The position numbers and the translations under genes are program-made. A DNA stretch of 64,000 nt from Camelus ferus (Eukaryota): the NCBI RefSeq assembly GCF_009834535.1, contig NC_045707.1, positions 52,268,001 to 52,332,000 of the forward strand. Direction: 5' to 3'. This document shows, in pieces, positions 60,488-64,000 of this stretch. A model generated the notes under the pieces. That model was given only the letters and a program-made list of their open reading frames with translations. It did not search any database and was not told the DNA's origin. Position 1 is the stretch's first letter; every line of letters begins with the position of its first letter.

Positions 60488-61999
60488 GGTAAGCATTGTG
60501 CTAGTTGCTTTTCATTCTTCCTTTCATTTAATCCTTGCACAGTCCTTATGAGCTGAGCTTTATGCAATAGAGGAAACAATTTTAGAGAGATGAAGGAGTT
60601 CTCGTGGGGCTGCAGAGAGACTGAGTTGAGAAACTGGGAAATGTGGAGTCTGTCTGAATGGCTCTAGAACCTTTTACTCTTAACCATTATACTATATACT
60701 TTCATTATTATTATTTTAGGTGTACATAATTCATGATACTAGCTATTAATAGTCATTTTAATTTTCAAGTGACACTTATTATTTGTTCTGAATAATACAT
60801 GTGGTATTATATTAAATTAAGCCAAGATGGATGAACTATTGTCTGTAGATCAGTTTTGTTTTCCTTGAACAATTTTATCAACTCCTTGAGACAACTTCAG
60901 TTTCCCAAGATCCAAGCAGCTGTACCAAAGTGTCTGTGAGCCTCTTACCATGCTCATCTACACTTCAGCCAATCTTTGCTATCTGATAACCCAACACTTT
61001 TCTGTTAAGAGGAATTTTTGTAATTCTGTAACTGTTCACTTTTCTCACATTCTTCTTTTCACAGAATGGTGTTGACTCTTCTTTTCACAGAATGACAGAA
61101 ATTCATTTTCAAGCCCACTTATGTATTATGCCCTGGCATGTTGGAGACAAACCACTGACCCCAATGTTATTTTTCACCTTAATGTAATAGGCTGACTCCA
61201 GCAAGTCTGGGTATATAATATGAACAGAGGATGGCTAAGCATTCTTATGTAAATACAGGTTTTCCTTCTCATTCAGTTCCTGAAAACTCATTTTTGGAAT
61301 ATGCCATTTGTAAATCTGCCAAGGAATTCTTGCTTATGATTAGCTAGGCTTTTTATATCATTATTTGGTGCAAAGCCTCAGTAGACAAAAACTTTCAAGG
61401 CTTTAGTCTATAACATTGATGCGGTTTTGGAACTGCCCACTTTGCTTTATATTACATTCAACTTATATTTAATACTAACTTCAGTGGCAGGAATAGATAT
61501 ATATATAAATGGAAGCCACTTTTAAAAACTAGAATATCTTAGGTACATACACAAAAAACTATTGGAGTCTTTTATCTTTAGAGCTGCATAAAATTTTTGC
61601 TGAATTAAAACTGTGGTTTTCATGATATTTTGGAATTATTGATAACTCACAGCTAAGTCCTCTTTCCTTCTCATTGTGTTTCACTGTAGGTTATCATGTA
61701 CAATTTATATTCTGATGAATCTCCAAATTTGGACTGAAGTCTAATCTCCTTTCTTCGAGTTTCATACTTGTATACTCCAATTTTTACTCAAAATTTCCAA
61801 TTACCTATCTCACATCCACACATAAATTCAATGTTACCAGTATATATTCATCTTTCATTGCTTTCTGTCATAATAAATGGTATCAGTCAATTTTCTTGCC
61901 ATAAACCCGGGAAGCAACATTGATGTCTTTTTCTTCTAAATATATTTAATTAGCAAATGCTTACATAGTTCTCCTTAAGTTCTATCCTTGTTTGAAGAG

Positions 62000-62200
62000 C
62001 TTTATATTTTATTTAATTCACATAAAGTACCAGTGAAATCGATACTATTATTATTCTCATTTTATAAATAAGGAGACTGAAACACAGAAAATTTAAGTAA
62101 CTAGCCCAAGATCACACAAGTTAAATAATGAAGTCAGGATTTGAACCCGAGAAGTCTAGGGTAAGAATCTGTGCCTTCAACCAGCATACTATGCTATACC
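62000..62200. mobile_element. MIR SINE
   Basis: TTATTCTCATTTTATAAATAAGGAGACTGAAACACAGA...GGATTTGAACCC. Confidence 0.8.
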
Positions 62201-62559
62201 CAGGAAATTAATCTTGCCAAGTGAATTTTTCAAATATTTCTCCAACCTAACTACCAAAGTGCTATCTACTCCGTATTTTACAACTACTAAAAGCCTCCTA
62301 ACTCACGCTTTCTTTCCTTTGTAGGGAAATAGGAAGTGATTAATTGACAATTAGCATTTAAGAAGAATTTTGTTGTTGTATAAGCAGGAGAGATACATTA
62401 TCAAGGTAACCTGAGATCAGATTCTCTGACCATCTGTGCAGTGAATGCATGCATTTATTTCAGATATCATCATTGAATTCTTTTTTTACTTTGAGGTCAT
62501 TAAGTTCAAAGAGATAAATAAACTTTCAAATATCTTAGATGAAGGAAAAAAAATACAAT

Positions 62560-63145
62560 TCTTAACAGTATGGTGGTTCCTCAGAAGTATTAAAGATAGA
62601 GTTACCATTTGATCCAGCAATTCCACTTCTCATACATATCCAAAAAGAATTGAAAACAGGAACCCAAACTGATATCTGTACACCAATGTTGATAGCACCG
62701 TTATTCACAATAACCAAAAGATGGAAGCAATGCAAATGCCCATTGATGGATAAATGGATAAACAAAATATACAGACTTCAAAAGAAAGGAAATTCTGACA
62801 CATGATACAACATGGATGAAACTTGAAGACAATATACTAAGTGAAATAAACCAGACACAAAGACAAATACTGTATGATTCCACTTATATGAAGTACATGG
62901 ACTAGTCACCTTCATAGAGACAGAAAGTAGAATGGTAGTTGTCAGGGACTAGGGGGAGAAAGATATTGAGAATTACTGTTTGATGGGTACAGAGTTTCAG
63001 TTTGGGAAGATGAACAAATTTTGGAGAGGAATGATGGTAATGGTTTTACAACAATGGGAAGGTGTTTAATGTCACTGAACCATTTAACTAAAAAATGATT
63101 AAAACAGTAAATTTTATGTTGTATACTTTACCACAATAAAAACAA
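62560..63145 (+). mobile_element. L1MB-like 3' end
   Basis: GATCCAGCAATTCCACTTCT...ACAACATGGATGAA...GGGTACAGAGTTTCAGTTTGGG...ACAATAAAAA. Confidence 0.88.
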
Positions 63146-64000
63146 TGCAGTTCTTAAGGAAATACAAGAATAGTTGAATAACACTTTCAAAAAGGGTGGA
63201 AACAAAGGAGCTTCAAAAATGTGAAGAGCAGTTGACTTTCAGTGCAGTCCTTTCCCCATCAATATAATCTAGATCCCATCATGTCTTACTTCAAATATTC
63301 AAATGTTCACCTGGGGGCAGAGAGTCTTTGAGAAGGTGAGGTCATTTAGCATGAAGGAGGTAGTGCTCTTTGCAAGGCAGTTCCTCTGAGAAATGAGGGG
63401 GTAAGCAAAAATTAATGGACATCTCTAATACAGCTGACAACCAGCTGCCCCCCAAAAAACCCACAAACAAACAAAACAAACTAAATTGCTGTTTATAATT
63501 GATTTAATACTGAGAAATTGCCTTTGTCCTAAGTAGCACTGACTAAAATGTACTAACAGTTACATTTTGTGATTGTAGTTAATTGAGATTTTTTGACTAC
63601 TCGCAAGAAATGTCAGTAGATCTTAGGGAGCAGAACTAAACATAAGAAAAAAAATTAAGAGTAAATCTTGTTTAAATACTTTTTTGGAAAAATATAGAAA
63701 TAAATCCTATATCTCAATATTAAAATAAAGACAGATGTACAGATCAGATAACCTATTCAAGGATATTTTAAGTCACTTAGTGATATAAAAAAATTTATGC
63801 ATGTTCTTTCCAAACAAATACAGTATAAGGACTTTGTGCTCTTTTTTACAGTTTTTTTTTAAGTACTCTTACTAAGAGCTTGTGATTATCTGCTAAAAGT
63901 TCACAACCATTAAATAAATGCTGTGGAGTGAATAAAAACAGCATGGTGTGAAAATGAAAAAACATGCATACATATAGTTATATATATATGATAAAATATA

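Overview
AT-rich, repeat-dense mammalian genomic DNA (intronic or intergenic). It is most likely camelid, judged from two tRNA-derived SINEs with vic-1-like head and tail structure. I recognise no host protein-coding gene, rRNA, true tRNA or CRISPR array. The largest element is a relatively young, inactivated minus-strand LINE-1 (about 36565-41968) with an 11-bp TSD; it lacks a 5'UTR and begins 4 bp upstream of the ORF1 ATG. The second is an old minus-strand class I (gamma-like) provirus (about 15341-19957) with two LTRs about 20% diverged, a PPT and a decayed RT-RNaseH-IN, but no visible gag, pro or env. The rest is solo LTRs, MaLR LTRs, older L1/L2/MIR, hAT-type DNA transposon remnants, microsatellites and unique sequence with a few candidate splice and poly(A) signals. 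I found no well-supported novel biological system. The best leads are mechanistic retrotransposition footprints and candidate non-coding exons. Family names are from recall of consensus sequences, not database searches, and boundaries of old repeats are approximate.
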